Positions 17,809 to 28,211 of a stretch of 64,000 bases of DNA are shown in pieces. The position numbers and the translations under genes were made by a program. Location of the stretch: contig JBGAFM010000006.1 of NCBI GenBank assembly GCA_044227225.1, positions 73,991 to 137,990 on the forward strand. The letters are read 5' to 3'. Under the pieces are notes generated by a model, which had not been told where the DNA came from, ran no database searches, and was given only the letters and a program-made list of their open reading frames with translations. Numbering within the stretch: the first letter of the stretch is position 1; every line of letters begins with the position of its first letter. Source of the stretch: Thiobacillus sp. (GTDB taxonomy: Bacteria; Pseudomonadota; Gammaproteobacteria; Burkholderiales; Thiobacillaceae).

Positions 17809-18718
17809 GACGCTCGACCGGGCCGAGGTGCGCCGTGCGTTCGACCGTGCGGCGACAAGCTACGATGCCCATGCCGTGCTGCAGCGCGAGGTGTGCGAAC
17901 GCCTGCTTGGCCGGCTCGATTTCATGAATGTGCAGCCGGCGCGCGTGCTCGACCTGGGCACCGGTACCGGCTACGGGCTCGAGCGTCTGCGTGCGCGCTT
18001 CGTACAGGCCGAACTGCTCGCGCTCGACATCGCGCCGGCCATGCTGCACGCGGCGCGCGAGCGGCTTCCGCAGCCGGGCTGGATGCAGCGCACGCTGACG
18101 CGTCTTGCGGCCGACGCTGCGCCGCGCACGCACTATGTCTGTGCCGACATGGACCGCCTGCCGCTGGCAGCCGACAGCCTGCAACTCGCCTGGTCGAGCC
18201 TGGCCCTGCAGTGGGCCCCCGATCTGGAAGCCACGCTGAAAGGCCTGCATCGTGTGCTGGCGCCCGGCGGCCTGCTGATGTTTTCCACCTTCGGCCCGGA
18301 CACGCTGAAGGAACTGCGCAGCGCGTTTGCCGCGCTGGACGCCGCGCCGCACGTCAATCGGTTCGTCGACCTGCACGATATCGGTGACATGCTGGTGCAT
18401 GCCGGCTTCGCCCATCCCGTGATGGAAATGGAAATGCTCACGCTGACCTACGCCGACCTCAAATCCCTGATGGCGGATCTCAAGGGCATCGGGGCGCACA
18501 ATGCAGCGACGGCACGCAAGCGCGGCCTGCTGGGCAAAGCCGCCTGGACACAGGTGCAGCAGGCCTACGAACGGTATCGCCATGACGGCCGCCTGCCGGC
18601 GACCTTCGAGGTGATCTACGGTCACGCCTGGGCCGGCGACAAGTTGCGGCGCGAGGATGGCCGGCAGGTGATCCAGATGCAGATCGGTGCGCGTCGCCGC
18701 CGTGCGGGGCTGGCATGA
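17801..18718 (+). CDS. bioC: malonyl-ACP O-methyltransferase
   Basis: ATGGATGA overlap with bioH. YDAHAVLQREV..VLDLGTGTGY..LQWAPDL. Confidence 0.85.
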   Translation: MDETLDRAEVRRAFDRAATSYDAHAVLQREVCERLLGRLDFMNVQPARVLDLGTGTGYGLERLRARFVQAELLALDIAPAMLHAARERLPQPGWMQRTLTRLAADAAPRTHYVCADMDRLPLAADSLQLAWSSLALQWAPDLEATLKGLHRVLAPGGLLMFSTFGPDTLKELRSAFAALDAAPHVNRFVDLHDIGDMLVHAGFAHPVMEMEMLTLTYADLKSLMADLKGIGAHNAATARKRGLLGKAAWTQVQQAYERYRHDGRLPATFEVIYGHAWAGDKLRREDGRQVIQMQIGARRRRAGLA

Positions 18719-19392
18719 GCGCGCGCGGCGTCTTCGTCACCGGTACCGATACCGGCGTGGGCAAGACCCGCGTCGCCGTCGCGCTCATCCAGGCGCTGCG
18801 CGCGCGCGGACGCCGGGTTGCGGCGATGAAGCCGGTCGCGGCGGGTGCCGGGCCGGGCCAGATGAACGAGGATGTGGCGGCGCTGCGCGCGGCCTGCAAT
18901 GTCGACGTACCGCTGTCTGACCTGAATCCCTATGCCTTCGATTTGCCGATCGCGCCGCATATCGCGGCTGAACTGGAGGGCACGGTCATCGAAGTCGAAC
19001 GCGTCGCCGCGTCCTATGCGCGTCTCGAATCGGCAGCCGACGTGGTCGTGGTGGAAGGCGCTGGCGGCTGGCGCGTGCCGCTGTCCGCGCAGGCGGACAT
19101 GGCTGATCTGGCGGCGCGCCTGCGCCTGCCTGTCATCCTGGTGGTCGGCATGAAGCTGGGCTGTCTCAACCATGCGGTTCTCACGGCGGAGGCGATCCGG
19201 TCGCGCGGCTTGCGGCTCGCAGGCTGGGTTGCCAATTGCATGGATGCGGACATGGCGTTCCTGGGCGAGAACCAGGCCGCATTGCTGGCGCGCCTGCCTG
19301 CGCCCTGCCTGGGGATCCAGCCTCATGGGCCGGCCCCGCAGGCCGGAATGTTTCCGCAGTGGCTGACGCTGCCTGAAGAATTAGCATCTTAG
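18715..19392 (+). CDS. bioD: dethiobiotin synthase
   Basis: ATGA overlap with bioC. VFVTGTDTGVGKTRVAVALI (P-loop) ..VVVEGAGGW. Confidence 0.88.
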   Translation: MSARGVFVTGTDTGVGKTRVAVALIQALRARGRRVAAMKPVAAGAGPGQMNEDVAALRAACNVDVPLSDLNPYAFDLPIAPHIAAELEGTVIEVERVAASYARLESAADVVVVEGAGGWRVPLSAQADMADLAARLRLPVILVVGMKLGCLNHAVLTAEAIRSRGLRLAGWVANCMDADMAFLGENQAALLARLPAPCLGIQPHGPAPQAGMFPQWLTLPEELAS

Positions 19393-19531
19393 AATAATCG
19401 TTAATAACGATATTCTGCATATAAATCAATCGCTTATTGGCCCGGCCCGGCTTGCCTTGGCGCGCGGCCGCGTGTTACGGTTGCGACAGATTGCCGCACG
19501 TCCTTCAACTCTCCTCAAGGAGCGGATTGAG

Positions 19532-20002
19532 ATGGAAGGGGTAACACACGGGGCCGTGGACGCGTTCATCTTTCACTCGCGCCCCTGTTGTTCGCTGACA
19601 CGCCGGCAGGCGCACCGGGTCTTCTGGGCGCTGGCGTCGGTGTGCTTTGGCGTGGCGATCGCGTTTTCCGCACTGGGTTACTGGCTGGTCCTGCCGTTTG
19701 CCGGCCTGGAAGTCGGCCTGCTGGCCTGGGCGTTCGAAGCGATGCGCGATCGCGAACGCAATTTCGAAACCCTCACCATCGACGGCGATGCGGTGGTGCT
19801 GGAATGGAGCAACGGGCGCCAGCAGGGACGCCGCGAATTGAACCGTCAGTGGACCCGGGTCGAATCCGACTGCAGTGCACCGGGCCGGAATTGCAGAATC
19901 AGCGTGCGTTCGCACGGTCGTGTTACCGAGATAGGAGTGTATTTGAGCGACGAAGCGCGCCTGCAACTGGCCGCCACGTTGCGCAGCAGATTGCAGACAT
20001 AG
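19532..20002 (+). CDS. DUF2244-like membrane protein commonly found upstream of coxB
   Basis: ORF 19457.. trimmed to MEGV. Two TM helices (VFWALASVCFGVAIAFSALGYWLVLPFAGLEVGLLAWAF), then a soluble tail. The family call is from memory of cox-cluster synteny. Confidence 0.65.
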   Translation: MEGVTHGAVDAFIFHSRPCCSLTRRQAHRVFWALASVCFGVAIAFSALGYWLVLPFAGLEVGLLAWAFEAMRDRERNFETLTIDGDAVVLEWSNGRQQGRRELNRQWTRVESDCSAPGRNCRISVRSHGRVTEIGVYLSDEARLQLAATLRSRLQT

Positions 20003-20065
20003 CCAGACCAAGCGTCGAACGAAGAACCGAATACCAACCAACATGAGAGAGGACGGGGAAGCGCG

Positions 20066-21214
20066 ATGAAGAGCAAGTGGCAACAAGCAGGGCTGATCGC
20101 AGCAGCATGGGGGGCGACACAGTCGGCCTGCGCCGAATACGCCTACAACCTGCAGGAACCGGCGAGTCCCATCGCCACCCAGGTGTTCCACCTGCACAAT
20201 CTCATCATGCTGGTGTGCCTGGGCATCTTCGTCGTGGTGTTCGGCACCATGTTCTATGCGCTGATCAAGCACCGCAAATCGGTCGGCCACCAGGCGGCGC
20301 ATTTCCACGAAAACACCACGGTCGAGGTGATCTGGACGGTGATCCCCTTCGTCATCCTGATGGGCATGGCCTACCCTGCCGCGAAAGTGGTGATCGCGAT
20401 GAAGGACACCAGCAATCCCGACATGTCCATCAAGATCACCGGCTACCAGTGGAAATGGGGCTACGATTACCTGAACGAGGGCATCAGCTTCTACAGCAAC
20501 CTTTCCACGCCGCGCGAGCAGATCAACAACAGCGCGGCCAAGGGCGAGCACTATCTGCTGGAGGTCGATGAACCGCTGGTCGTTCCCGTCGGCAAGCGCA
20601 TCCGCCTGCTGATCACCGCCAACGACGTAATCCATTCGTGGTGGGTGCCGGCGCTCGGCGCAAAGCAGGATGCCATTCCCGGCTTCATCCGCGACAGCTG
20701 GTTCGAGGCCGACCGCATCGGCACCTTCCGCGGACAATGCGTCGAATTGTGCGGCAAGGATCACGGCTTCATGCCCATCGTCGTCAAGGTGGTGTCGGAA
20801 GCCGACTACAAGGCCTGGGTGGCCGGCAAGAAAGGCGCCGCCGCAAGCGCCGCAGCGGACAACGGCAAGACCTTCGATCTGGCGGAGCTGACCGCACGCG
20901 GCGAGAAGGTGTACGCGGCGAATTGCGCAGCCTGCCATCAGGCGAACGGCATGGGCCTGCCCGGCACCTTCCCTGCGATCAACGGATCGAAAGTGGCGAC
21001 CGGCCCCATCGACGAACACATCAGGACCGTCCTGAACGGGCGCCCGGGAACGGCGATGGCCGCATTCGGCAAGCAGCTGTCGGATGCCGACATCGCCGCC
21101 GTCGTGACCTATCAGCGCAACGCCTGGAACAACAAGATGGGCGATGCCGCGCAGCCTGCCCAGGTCGCCGCAGACCGCGCCGCTGCCGAAGCCGCCGCAC
21201 CTGCTGCGCAATGA
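20066..21214 (+). CDS. coxB: cytochrome c oxidase subunit II with C-terminal cytochrome c domain
   Basis: CuA site [22 protein letters not shown]-terminal CAACH heme-c motif. Confidence 0.92.
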   Translation: MKSKWQQAGLIAAAWGATQSACAEYAYNLQEPASPIATQVFHLHNLIMLVCLGIFVVVFGTMFYALIKHRKSVGHQAAHFHENTTVEVIWTVIPFVILMGMAYPAAKVVIAMKDTSNPDMSIKITGYQWKWGYDYLNEGISFYSNLSTPREQINNSAAKGEHYLLEVDEPLVVPVGKRIRLLITANDVIHSWWVPALGAKQDAIPGFIRDSWFEADRIGTFRGQCVELCGKDHGFMPIVVKVVSEADYKAWVAGKKGAAASAAADNGKTFDLAELTARGEKVYAANCAACHQANGMGLPGTFPAINGSKVATGPIDEHIRTVLNGRPGTAMAAFGKQLSDADIAAVVTYQRNAWNNKMGDAAQPAQVAADRAAAEAAAPAAQ

Positions 21215-21237
21215 ACCATCGAGAGGAGAGCACAACC

Positions 21238-22824
21238 ATGTCTGATGTTGCACACGCTCACGGCCACGACGATCACGGACATCACGCGCACCCGAGCGGG
21301 ATCATGCGCTGGTTGACCACCACCAACCACAAGGACATCGGCAGCCTGTACCTGATCTTCGCGTTGATCATGCTGTTCGCTGCAGGCTCGATGGCGTTGC
21401 TGATCCGGGCCGAGCTGTTCAAGCCGGGACTGCAGCTGCTGCATCCGGACTTCTTCAATCAGCTCACCACCATGCATGGCCTGATCATGATCTTCGGCGT
21501 GATCATGCCGGCCTTCTCTGGGTTCGCGAACTGGCAGGTGCCGCTGATGCTGGGGGCGCCCGACATGGCGTTCCCGCGCATGAACAACTGGGCGTTCTGG
21601 ATCCTGCCGGTGGCGGGGATACTGCTGATGTCCTCGTTCCTGTTGCCGGGCGGCGCGGTGGCCGGCGGCTGGACGATGTATCCGCCGCTCTACATCCAGG
21701 GCGGCATCTCGTACGACCTGACCATCCTGGCGGTGCACATCATGGGCCTGTCCTCGATCATGGGCTCGATCAACATCATCACGACCATCCTCAACATGCG
21801 GGCACCCGGCCTCACGCTGATGAAGATGCCGCTGTTCTGCTGGACCTGGCTCATCACTGCCTACCTGCTGATCGCCACCATGCCGGTGCTCGCCGGTGCC
21901 GTCACCATGCTGCTGACCGACCGCAATTTCGGCACGCATTTCTTCAACGCGGCAGGCGGCGGCGATCCGGTGATGTTCCAGCACATCTTCTGGTTCTTCG
22001 CGCATCCCGAGGTCTACATCCTCATCCTGCCGGCCTTCGGCATCGTGTCGCAGGTCATCCCGACCTTCGCCCGCAAGCCACTGTTCGGCTACGCATCGAT
22101 GGTCTACGCCACGGCGTCGATCGCGATCCTGTCCTTCATCGTGTGGGCGCACCACATGTTCACCGTCGGCATGCCGGCGGCGGCGCAGCTGTTCTTCATG
22201 TTCTCGACCATGCTGATCGCGGTGCCGACGGGCGTGAAGGTCTTCAACTGGGTCGCCACCATGTGGCGCGGCTCGATCACCTTCGAGACGCCGATGCTGT
22301 TCGCCATCGCCTTCGTCTGCCTGTTTACCATCGGTGGCTTCTCGGGCCTGGTACTCGCCATCGCCCCGGTCGACATCCAGTTGCACGATACCTACTACGT
22401 GGTCGCCCATTTCCACTACGTCCTGGTGTCGGGCGCGCTGTTCTCGATCTTCGCCGGCATCTACTACTGGCTGCCCAAGTGGACGGGCCACATGTACGAC
22501 GAAACCCTCGGCAAATGGCATTTCTGGCTGTCGGTCATCGGCATGAACATCACCTTCTTCCCGATGCACTTCCTGGGGCTGGCCGGCATGCCGCGACGGA
22601 TTCCCGACTATGCGCTGCAGTTCACCGACTTCAACCAGATTGCGAGCGTGGGTGCATTCGTCTTCGGGCTTTCCCAGCTCATCTTCCTGACGGTCGTGCT
22701 GAAGGCGGTCAAGGGCGGCAAGAAGGCGGAGAGCAAGGTATGGGAAGGGGCGGAAGGCCTGGAGTGGACGGTTCCTTCGCCTGCGCCGTATCACACCTTT
22801 GAAACGGCGCCGGTGATCAAGTGA
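21238..22824 (+). CDS. ctaD: cytochrome c oxidase subunit I (aa3-type)
   Basis: GAGAGGAGAG SD before ATG 21238. [29 protein letters not shown]-type motif ([17 protein letters not shown])..HHMF. Confidence 0.95.
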   Translation: MSDVAHAHGHDDHGHHAHPSGIMRWLTTTNHKDIGSLYLIFALIMLFAAGSMALLIRAELFKPGLQLLHPDFFNQLTTMHGLIMIFGVIMPAFSGFANWQVPLMLGAPDMAFPRMNNWAFWILPVAGILLMSSFLLPGGAVAGGWTMYPPLYIQGGISYDLTILAVHIMGLSSIMGSINIITTILNMRAPGLTLMKMPLFCWTWLITAYLLIATMPVLAGAVTMLLTDRNFGTHFFNAAGGGDPVMFQHIFWFFAHPEVYILILPAFGIVSQVIPTFARKPLFGYASMVYATASIAILSFIVWAHHMFTVGMPAAAQLFFMFSTMLIAVPTGVKVFNWVATMWRGSITFETPMLFAIAFVCLFTIGGFSGLVLAIAPVDIQLHDTYYVVAHFHYVLVSGALFSIFAGIYYWLPKWTGHMYDETLGKWHFWLSVIGMNITFFPMHFLGLAGMPRRIPDYALQFTDFNQIASVGAFVFGLSQLIFLTVVLKAVKGGKKAESKVWEGAEGLEWTVPSPAPYHTFETAPVIK

Positions 22825-22937
22825 GCGAGGCGCATGCCGTGACGGAAAAGCGAGGCAGCAAGTTCCTGACGGCGGGCCTGCTCGCCTTGTTTGCGCTCGG
22901 CCTGTTTTTGTTCACCCTGTATACGGGGCTGAAATAG
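22821..22937 (+). CDS. small single-TM protein (38 aa), cytochrome oxidase small assembly protein-like
   Basis: Below the ORF-track size cutoff. GTG in a GTGA overlap with the ctaD stop. [38 protein letters not shown]. Ends 2 nt before the ctaG ATG. Confidence 0.5.
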   Translation: MSEAHAVTEKRGSKFLTAGLLALFALGLFLFTLYTGLK

Positions 22938-22939
22938 CC

Positions 22940-23488
22940 ATGCCGGCCGGCAACGCGAAGATGCTGACCAAGCTGGCCGTCGCGGCACTCGGCATGTTCG
23001 GCTTCGGCTTTGCGCTGGTGCCCTTCTATTACAAGATCTGCGACGTGACCGGGGTCAACGCGGGCGACGAGCAGGCGCTGGTGAAGAACACGCAGGTCGA
23101 CACCTCGCGCTGGGTCACGATCCAGTTCGACGCCAACATCAACGAAGCGCTGCCATGGCGTTTCAAGCCGCTGCAGCAGACGATGAAGGTCCACCCGGGT
23201 CAGCTGGTACAGGTCGAATACGAGGTGAGCAACATCAGCGACAAGCCCATCGTCGGGCAGGCCGTCCCCAGCTACGGTCCGGCGCGCGCGGCGGGGTTCT
23301 TCAAGAAGATCGAATGTTTCTGCTTTACGCCGCAGACGCTGGCGGCGGGAGAGACACGGCGCATGCCCGTTCTGTTCGTGCTGGATCCTGCAATGGAACG
23401 CGACCTGCCGACCGTGACCTTGTCCTACACCTTCTTCGACACGGGAAAGCATGTGGCAGCGACAGGGGCGACGGCGCATGGAGGCTGA
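22940..23488 (+). CDS. ctaG: cytochrome c oxidase assembly protein CtaG/Cox11
   Basis: PFYYKICDVTG..IECFCFTPQTL (Cox11 Cu-binding CFCF). Confidence 0.9.
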   Translation: MPAGNAKMLTKLAVAALGMFGFGFALVPFYYKICDVTGVNAGDEQALVKNTQVDTSRWVTIQFDANINEALPWRFKPLQQTMKVHPGQLVQVEYEVSNISDKPIVGQAVPSYGPARAAGFFKKIECFCFTPQTLAAGETRRMPVLFVLDPAMERDLPTVTLSYTFFDTGKHVAATGATAHGG

Positions 23489-23492
23489 GGCG

Positions 23493-23687
23493 ATGGCGGG
23501 TAAAAACGTGAAGGCTGCGCTTGCCGTGTTCTGGAGCTTCTTCGGCGTGCGCAAGCGGCGGGACTACGATGCCGACGCGAAGAACCTGAGCCCGGCCCAG
23601 GTCATCATTGCCGGCCTGATCGGCGGCCTGGCTTTCGTGTTGACGATGTTGCTGGTGGTGTATCTGGCCTTGCATTTCCTGCAGTGA
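23493..23687 (+). CDS. DUF2970-like small membrane protein
   Basis: GGAGG upstream of ATG 23493. FWSFFGVRKRRDYDAD..one TM helix. Conserved position between ctaG and coxC. Confidence 0.6.
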   Translation: MAGKNVKAALAVFWSFFGVRKRRDYDADAKNLSPAQVIIAGLIGGLAFVLTMLLVVYLALHFLQ

Positions 23688-23732
23688 ACCGGTTTCTGAA
23701 GTAGCGACTATTCGATATGGAGGAGGAGAGTC

Positions 23733-24599
23733 ATGAGTCTGGCGCAAACCGATAAATACTATCTGCCGCAACCGTCCATCTGGCCGATCGTCGGTTCGCT
23801 CGCACTGCTGCTGATGGCAGTGGGAGGAACGATGGTGATGCGTGAGGTCGACCACGGCGGCTGGGTTCTCCTGACCGGCGTGGCGATCCTGTTCTTCATG
23901 ATGTTCGGCTGGTTCGGCGAGGTCATCCGCGACAGCGAGGCCGGGCGTTTCAACAAGCAGGTCGACACCTCCTACCGCTGGTCGATGAGCTGGTTCATCT
24001 TTTCCGAGGTGATGTTCTTCGCCGCCTTCTTCGGTGCGCTCTTCTATACGCGCGTGCTGTCGGTGCCCTGGCTGGGATCGGGAGATACCTTGCAGCAGCT
24101 GTGGCCGAATTTCCAGGCGGCCTGGCCGACCGCGGGGCCGGGGCTGTCGGGCGAGGAAGCGCGCTTCACGCCGATGCATGCCTGGGGCATCCCCGCGATC
24201 AATACGCTGCTTCTGCTGTCCTCCGGCGTGACCGTGACCTGGGCACACTGGGGGCTGAAAAAGGGGGCGCGTGGCCAGCTGATCCTGGGGCTGATGCTGA
24301 CGGTGGCGCTGGGCCTGGTCTTCCTCAGCCTGCAGGCCTACGAATACCACCATGCCTACACCGAGATGGGACTGACCCTCGGCGCTGGCGTCTATGGCGC
24401 CACATTCTTCATGCTCACCGGCTTCCACGGTTTTCACGTGCTGGTCGGCACGACCATGCTGATCGTGATGCTGGGGCGTTCGATCGCCGGCCATTTCACC
24501 GCCGACCACCATTTTGCATTCGAAGCCGTGTCCTGGTACTGGCACTTCGTCGACGTGGTGTGGGTGCTGCTTTTCGTCCTGGTTTACTGGTTGATCTGA
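23733..24599 (+). CDS. coxC: cytochrome c oxidase subunit III
   Basis: FFMLTGFHGFHVLVGT..WYWHFVDVVW. Confidence 0.92.
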   Translation: MSLAQTDKYYLPQPSIWPIVGSLALLLMAVGGTMVMREVDHGGWVLLTGVAILFFMMFGWFGEVIRDSEAGRFNKQVDTSYRWSMSWFIFSEVMFFAAFFGALFYTRVLSVPWLGSGDTLQQLWPNFQAAWPTAGPGLSGEEARFTPMHAWGIPAINTLLLLSSGVTVTWAHWGLKKGARGQLILGLMLTVALGLVFLSLQAYEYHHAYTEMGLTLGAGVYGATFFMLTGFHGFHVLVGTTMLIVMLGRSIAGHFTADHHFAFEAVSWYWHFVDVVWVLLFVLVYWLI

Positions 24600-24618
24600 C
24601 CCGCTCAGAAATCCATCA

Positions 24619-24647
24619 GCAAGAAGCCGCCCTGCGCGGCTTCTTGC
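24619..24647. terminator. GC-rich hairpin between convergent coxC and the small TM gene (possible bidirectional terminator, weak U-tract)
   Basis: gcaagaagccgc-cctgc-gcggcttcttgc: 12-bp perfect stem, 5-nt loop. Confidence 0.5.
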
Positions 24648-24672
24648 TTGACGGAGCGGCACGGACGACGGC

Positions 24673-24873
24673 TCAGCGCAGGCCCTGCTGGGGAACGAGT
24701 CCGAAGTAATACCCCGCCATCAGCAGGATGAACAGCCCCAGGGACAACGCAACGCGCACGGTGAGCATCTTGACGGTGCGATCGGACTGCCCCTTGTCCT
24801 TGATGAGAAAGTAGAGCGCACTGCCCAGGCTGGCCAGTATGAAGAAAATGAAGAACAGGACGAGGATGCGCAT
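24673..24873 (-). CDS. twin transmembrane helix small protein (DUF2909-like)
   Basis: MRILVLFFIFFILASLGSALYFLIKDKGQSDRTVKMLTVRVALSLGLFILLMAGYYFGL. 66 aa, two TM helices. Confidence 0.65.
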   Translation of the reverse strand: MRILVLFFIFFILASLGSALYFLIKDKGQSDRTVKMLTVRVALSLGLFILLMAGYYFGLVPQQGLR

Positions 24874-24921
24874 GGCGGGGCCCGCTCGGCAAAATCCCAG
24901 TCTAACCGGATTGGCCAGGCC

Positions 24922-25659
24922 ATGCATGTGCTGAATCTGCGGCTGGGCGGATGGCGTTTTGCGCCGCGTGCCTGGCCCACGTTCGCAACCATTTTCTTCG
25001 TGGCGCTGACCCTGTGGCTGGGGCACTGGCAGAGCGGACGCGCCGAATACAAGCGGGACTTGCAGGCACGCTACGATGCCGCATTGCGGGAAGCGCCGGT
25101 GCACGTCGGTAATGAAGTGCTGGATCGCGACAGCGTGCTGTATCGCAAGCTCGAGGTCTCCGGCGCGTTCGATGCGGCGCACACGATATTCATCGATAAC
25201 CGTGTCCATGCCGGTGTCGCGGGCTACCACGTGCTGACCCCACTGGTCGTCGATGGCGGCCGGCTCGCAATCCTGGTCAACCGGGGCTGGGTCGCGGCCG
25301 GCGCCTCGCGCGCGCAATTGCCGGCGCCGGCGGTCCCGTCGGGGCGCATCCGTGTCGTGGGCATGGCGGGCGATCCCTACAGCCGCTACGTGGAATTCGG
25401 CCATGCCGAACCGCAGGGACGCGTCTGGCAGAACCTCGATTTCGACCGGTTTGCCCGTACTTATCCGCTGGGCTTGCAGCCCGTGGTATTACTGCAGACC
25501 AGCCCGGGGCACGATGGCCTGGCGCGCGACTGGCCGCGCCCGGATACGGGGGTCGACATGCATGTCAGCTATGCGTTCCAGTGGTACAGTCTGGCGACGA
25601 CACTGGTCGTACTGTGGCTGGGCCTGAATTTCAAACGTCGCCATGACGGAAACGACTGA
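24922..25659 (+). CDS. SURF1 family cytochrome oxidase biogenesis protein
   Basis: N- and C-terminal TM helices, LGHWQ..R...K, VNRGWV, YAFQWYSLA. Confidence 0.8.
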   Translation: MHVLNLRLGGWRFAPRAWPTFATIFFVALTLWLGHWQSGRAEYKRDLQARYDAALREAPVHVGNEVLDRDSVLYRKLEVSGAFDAAHTIFIDNRVHAGVAGYHVLTPLVVDGGRLAILVNRGWVAAGASRAQLPAPAVPSGRIRVVGMAGDPYSRYVEFGHAEPQGRVWQNLDFDRFARTYPLGLQPVVLLQTSPGHDGLARDWPRPDTGVDMHVSYAFQWYSLATTLVVLWLGLNFKRRHDGND

Positions 25660-25681
25660 ATCTTCGCACCCTGGTTCCAAC

Positions 25682-26242
25682 ATGAAACTCACATCGCGCG
25701 GCAAACTCCTTCTCCTGATCGGCGTGTTCGCGTTGCCCGTGATTGCGGCCGGCATCGCCTATCTAGGGTGGCGGCCGTCTGCGCACGGCAACTACGGCGA
25801 GTTGCTCGAGGTGAAGCCGCTGCAGGCAACCACCGGCATGCGGCTCGACGGCCAGGCCTTCGACATGGACAGCCTGCGCGGCAAATGGCTGATGGTGCAT
25901 ATCGGCAGCGGGGGCTGTGATGCGGCCTGCGCGTACCAGTTGTATCTGTCGCGCCAGGTCCGCACGGCCCAGGGCAAGGACCAGTCGCGCATCGAGCGCT
26001 TGTGGATACTCAGCGATGGGCGCGCTCCCGACGCTGCACTGATGAAAATGCATCCGGGCCTGATCGTTTGGCGTCCGGTCGACCGGAATTTTCTGGCGCA
26101 ATTTCCCCGTGCCGGCGCGGCAAACCAGATCTATCTCGTCGATCCGCTCGGCAATCTCATGATGCGATTTCCCGTAGAGCCCGACCCCAAACGGATGATG
26201 AAAGACCTGCGGTTGCTGCTCAAGGCGTCGCAAATCGGTTGA
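25682..26242 (+). CDS. hypothetical membrane-anchored protein, thioredoxin/SCO-like (CxxxC)
   Basis: N-terminal TM anchor, KWLMVHIGSGGCDAACAYQL (CxxxC in an SCO-like context), YLVDPLGNLMMRF. The start could also be 25643. Confidence 0.5.
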   Translation: MKLTSRGKLLLLIGVFALPVIAAGIAYLGWRPSAHGNYGELLEVKPLQATTGMRLDGQAFDMDSLRGKWLMVHIGSGGCDAACAYQLYLSRQVRTAQGKDQSRIERLWILSDGRAPDAALMKMHPGLIVWRPVDRNFLAQFPRAGAANQIYLVDPLGNLMMRFPVEPDPKRMMKDLRLLLKASQIG

Positions 26243-26247
26243 ACGCG

Positions 26248-27228
26248 ATGAACGGATACCGGAAACTGATCCTGCTGGCCCTGTTGCTTGCGCTGGGTGT
26301 CGTCAGTCTGGGGGCTTACGTGCGCCTGTCCGATGCCGGCCTGGGATGCCCCGACTGGCCGGGTTGCTACGGAAAACTGACGCCGCATCATGCTGCCGAC
26401 GCGATCGACGCCGCCCACGCCGCAAATCCGGGGGGGCCGGTTTCTCATGCGAAGGCCTGGAAGGAAATGGTGCATCGCTATTTCGCGGGCACGCTGGGAC
26501 TGCTGGTGCTGGCGATCGCGTTTTTCGGCTGGCGCAAGCGGGCGGTGCGGCATGGCGCGGGCCTGCCCCTCATCCTGCTGGCCCTCATCGTGTTCCAGGC
26601 CCTGCTCGGCATGTGGACCGTGACGCGTTTGCTGAAGCCGTTTGTCGTGACCGCGCATCTGCTGGGCGGCATGGCGACCTTCTCGCTGCTGGTTTGGCTG
26701 TGGCTGCGGGAACGCCCGCCATCGGGACTGGCCTATCATGCGCGTGCGGATCATTTGCGCCTGGCTGCCCTGGGCGGGCTGGTGCTCGTGGCGACGCAGA
26801 TCGCCCTCGGCGGCTGGGTGAGCACCAACTACGCTGCGCTGGCGTGCGCCGATTTTCCGCAATGTCACGGCACCTGGGTTCCCGCGATGGATTTCGCGCA
26901 CGGCTTTACCCTGCGCAGGGAGCTGGGCGAAACAGCCGCCGGCGACCTGTTGCCCTTCGATGCGCTGGTCGCGATCCACTGGACGCACCGCGTGATGGCG
27001 CTGGTCGTCGTGCTGTATCTGCTGATATTGGCGTGGCGGCTGCTGCGAACGCCGGGGTTTGCCGGCACCGGCCTGGCCATTGCCGGCCTGCTCGCCGTGC
27101 AGGCGACGCTCGGTATCAGCAACGTCGTGTACAGCCTGCCCCTGCCGGTTGCGGTGGCGCATAACACGGGGGCGGCCCTGTTGCTGGCCGGCCTCGTATT
27201 CCTGAATTTCAGGATACGGCGGAGTTAG
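26248..27228 (+). CDS. ctaA: heme A synthase (COX15/CtaA)
   Basis: [23 protein letters not shown]-containing TM helices (VHRYFAG, AHLLGG, IHWTHR, VAHNTGA). Confidence 0.85.
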   Translation: MNGYRKLILLALLLALGVVSLGAYVRLSDAGLGCPDWPGCYGKLTPHHAADAIDAAHAANPGGPVSHAKAWKEMVHRYFAGTLGLLVLAIAFFGWRKRAVRHGAGLPLILLALIVFQALLGMWTVTRLLKPFVVTAHLLGGMATFSLLVWLWLRERPPSGLAYHARADHLRLAALGGLVLVATQIALGGWVSTNYAALACADFPQCHGTWVPAMDFAHGFTLRRELGETAAGDLLPFDALVAIHWTHRVMALVVVLYLLILAWRLLRTPGFAGTGLAIAGLLAVQATLGISNVVYSLPLPVAVAHNTGAALLLAGLVFLNFRIRRS

Positions 27229-27230
27229 AC

Positions 27231-28127
27231 ATGGAATCCTTGATGATCCAGGGGGCGGCCTGCCGCTGCCAGCAGTTTCTGGCGCTGTGCAAGCTGCGTG
27301 TCGTCAGCCTGATCGTCTTCACGGCAGTGATCGGCATGTTCCTCGCGGTACCGGGCTGGCCCGCGTGGCATGTCCTGCTGGCGGGCACGCTCGGCATCGC
27401 GCTCGTCGCGGGCGCGGCGGCCGCCTTCAATTGTCTCATCGAGCAGAAGATCGATGCGCTGATGGCGCGGACCCGAGCCCGTCCGCTGCCGCGCGGCGAA
27501 CTCACGAGTGTGCAGACCCTGGTGTTTTCCGGCGTGGTGGGCGGTATCGGCCTGCTGCTGCTCGACACTTTCGTGAATCCCCTGACGATGTGGCTGACCC
27601 TCGCGACCTTCGTTGGCTACGCCGTGATCTATACGGCCATACTCAAGCCGATGACGCCGCAGAACATCGTCATCGGCGGCGCGTCCGGCGCGATGCCCCC
27701 CGTGCTCGGCTGGGCGGCGGCGACCGGTGAACTCCATCATGACGCCCTCCTGCTGTTTCTCATCATCTTCGCCTGGACGCCGCCGCATTTCTGGGCGCTG
27801 GCGCTCTACCGGCGCGAAGAATACGCCAAGGCCGGCCTGCCGATGTTGCCGGTGACCCATGGCGAGACCTACACACGCCTGCAGGTTCTGCTCTACACCC
27901 TGCTGCTGTTTGCGGTATCGATGCTGCCGGTGGCGACCCGCATGGGCGGCTGGGTCTACCTGGCCGGGGCGGTTCTGCTGGGCGGGCGTTTCATTCACTA
28001 CGGGTGGCGGCTCTGGCGCAGCTACAGCGATGCGCTCGCCAGGGAGACCTTCCGTTTTTCCATCTGGTATCTGAGCCTCCTGTTTGCCATTCTGCTCGTC
28101 GACCATTACTGGCAAATACCGATTTGA
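27231..28127 (+). CDS. cyoE: protoheme IX farnesyltransferase (heme O synthase)
   Basis: [33 protein letters not shown]. Confidence 0.9.
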   Translation: MESLMIQGAACRCQQFLALCKLRVVSLIVFTAVIGMFLAVPGWPAWHVLLAGTLGIALVAGAAAAFNCLIEQKIDALMARTRARPLPRGELTSVQTLVFSGVVGGIGLLLLDTFVNPLTMWLTLATFVGYAVIYTAILKPMTPQNIVIGGASGAMPPVLGWAAATGELHHDALLLFLIIFAWTPPHFWALALYRREEYAKAGLPMLPVTHGETYTRLQVLLYTLLLFAVSMLPVATRMGGWVYLAGAVLLGGRFIHYGWRLWRSYSDALARETFRFSIWYLSLLFAILLVDHYWQIPI

Positions 28128-28211
28128 TTTGTATGGGTAATTGAGTCCTTATCTGGATATTCGGACTGGATTGTTTTATATTTGGGGCCAGTCCGTTTTA
28201 AGGGGCAAGAG

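Noticed and set aside
19393-19411. Fur-box resemblance of aataatcgttaataacgat upstream of the cox cluster
   Set aside because: A position-by-position comparison with GATAATGATAATCATTATC gave only about half the positions matching. The similarity is just shared AT-richness.
21112-22794. 560-aa minus-strand ORF antisense to ctaD. Similar cases: 59645-61510 and 62603-63982 antisense to rpoB/rpoC, 43769-45097 antisense to the dynamin-like gene, 29566-30852 antisense to ccoN, and 53101-54288 antisense to tuf.
   Set aside because: All are mirror-strand ORFs over highly conserved genes, with Arg/His/Gly/Asp-rich compositions and no motifs. They are artefacts of the stop-codon-poor antisense frame in GC-rich DNA.
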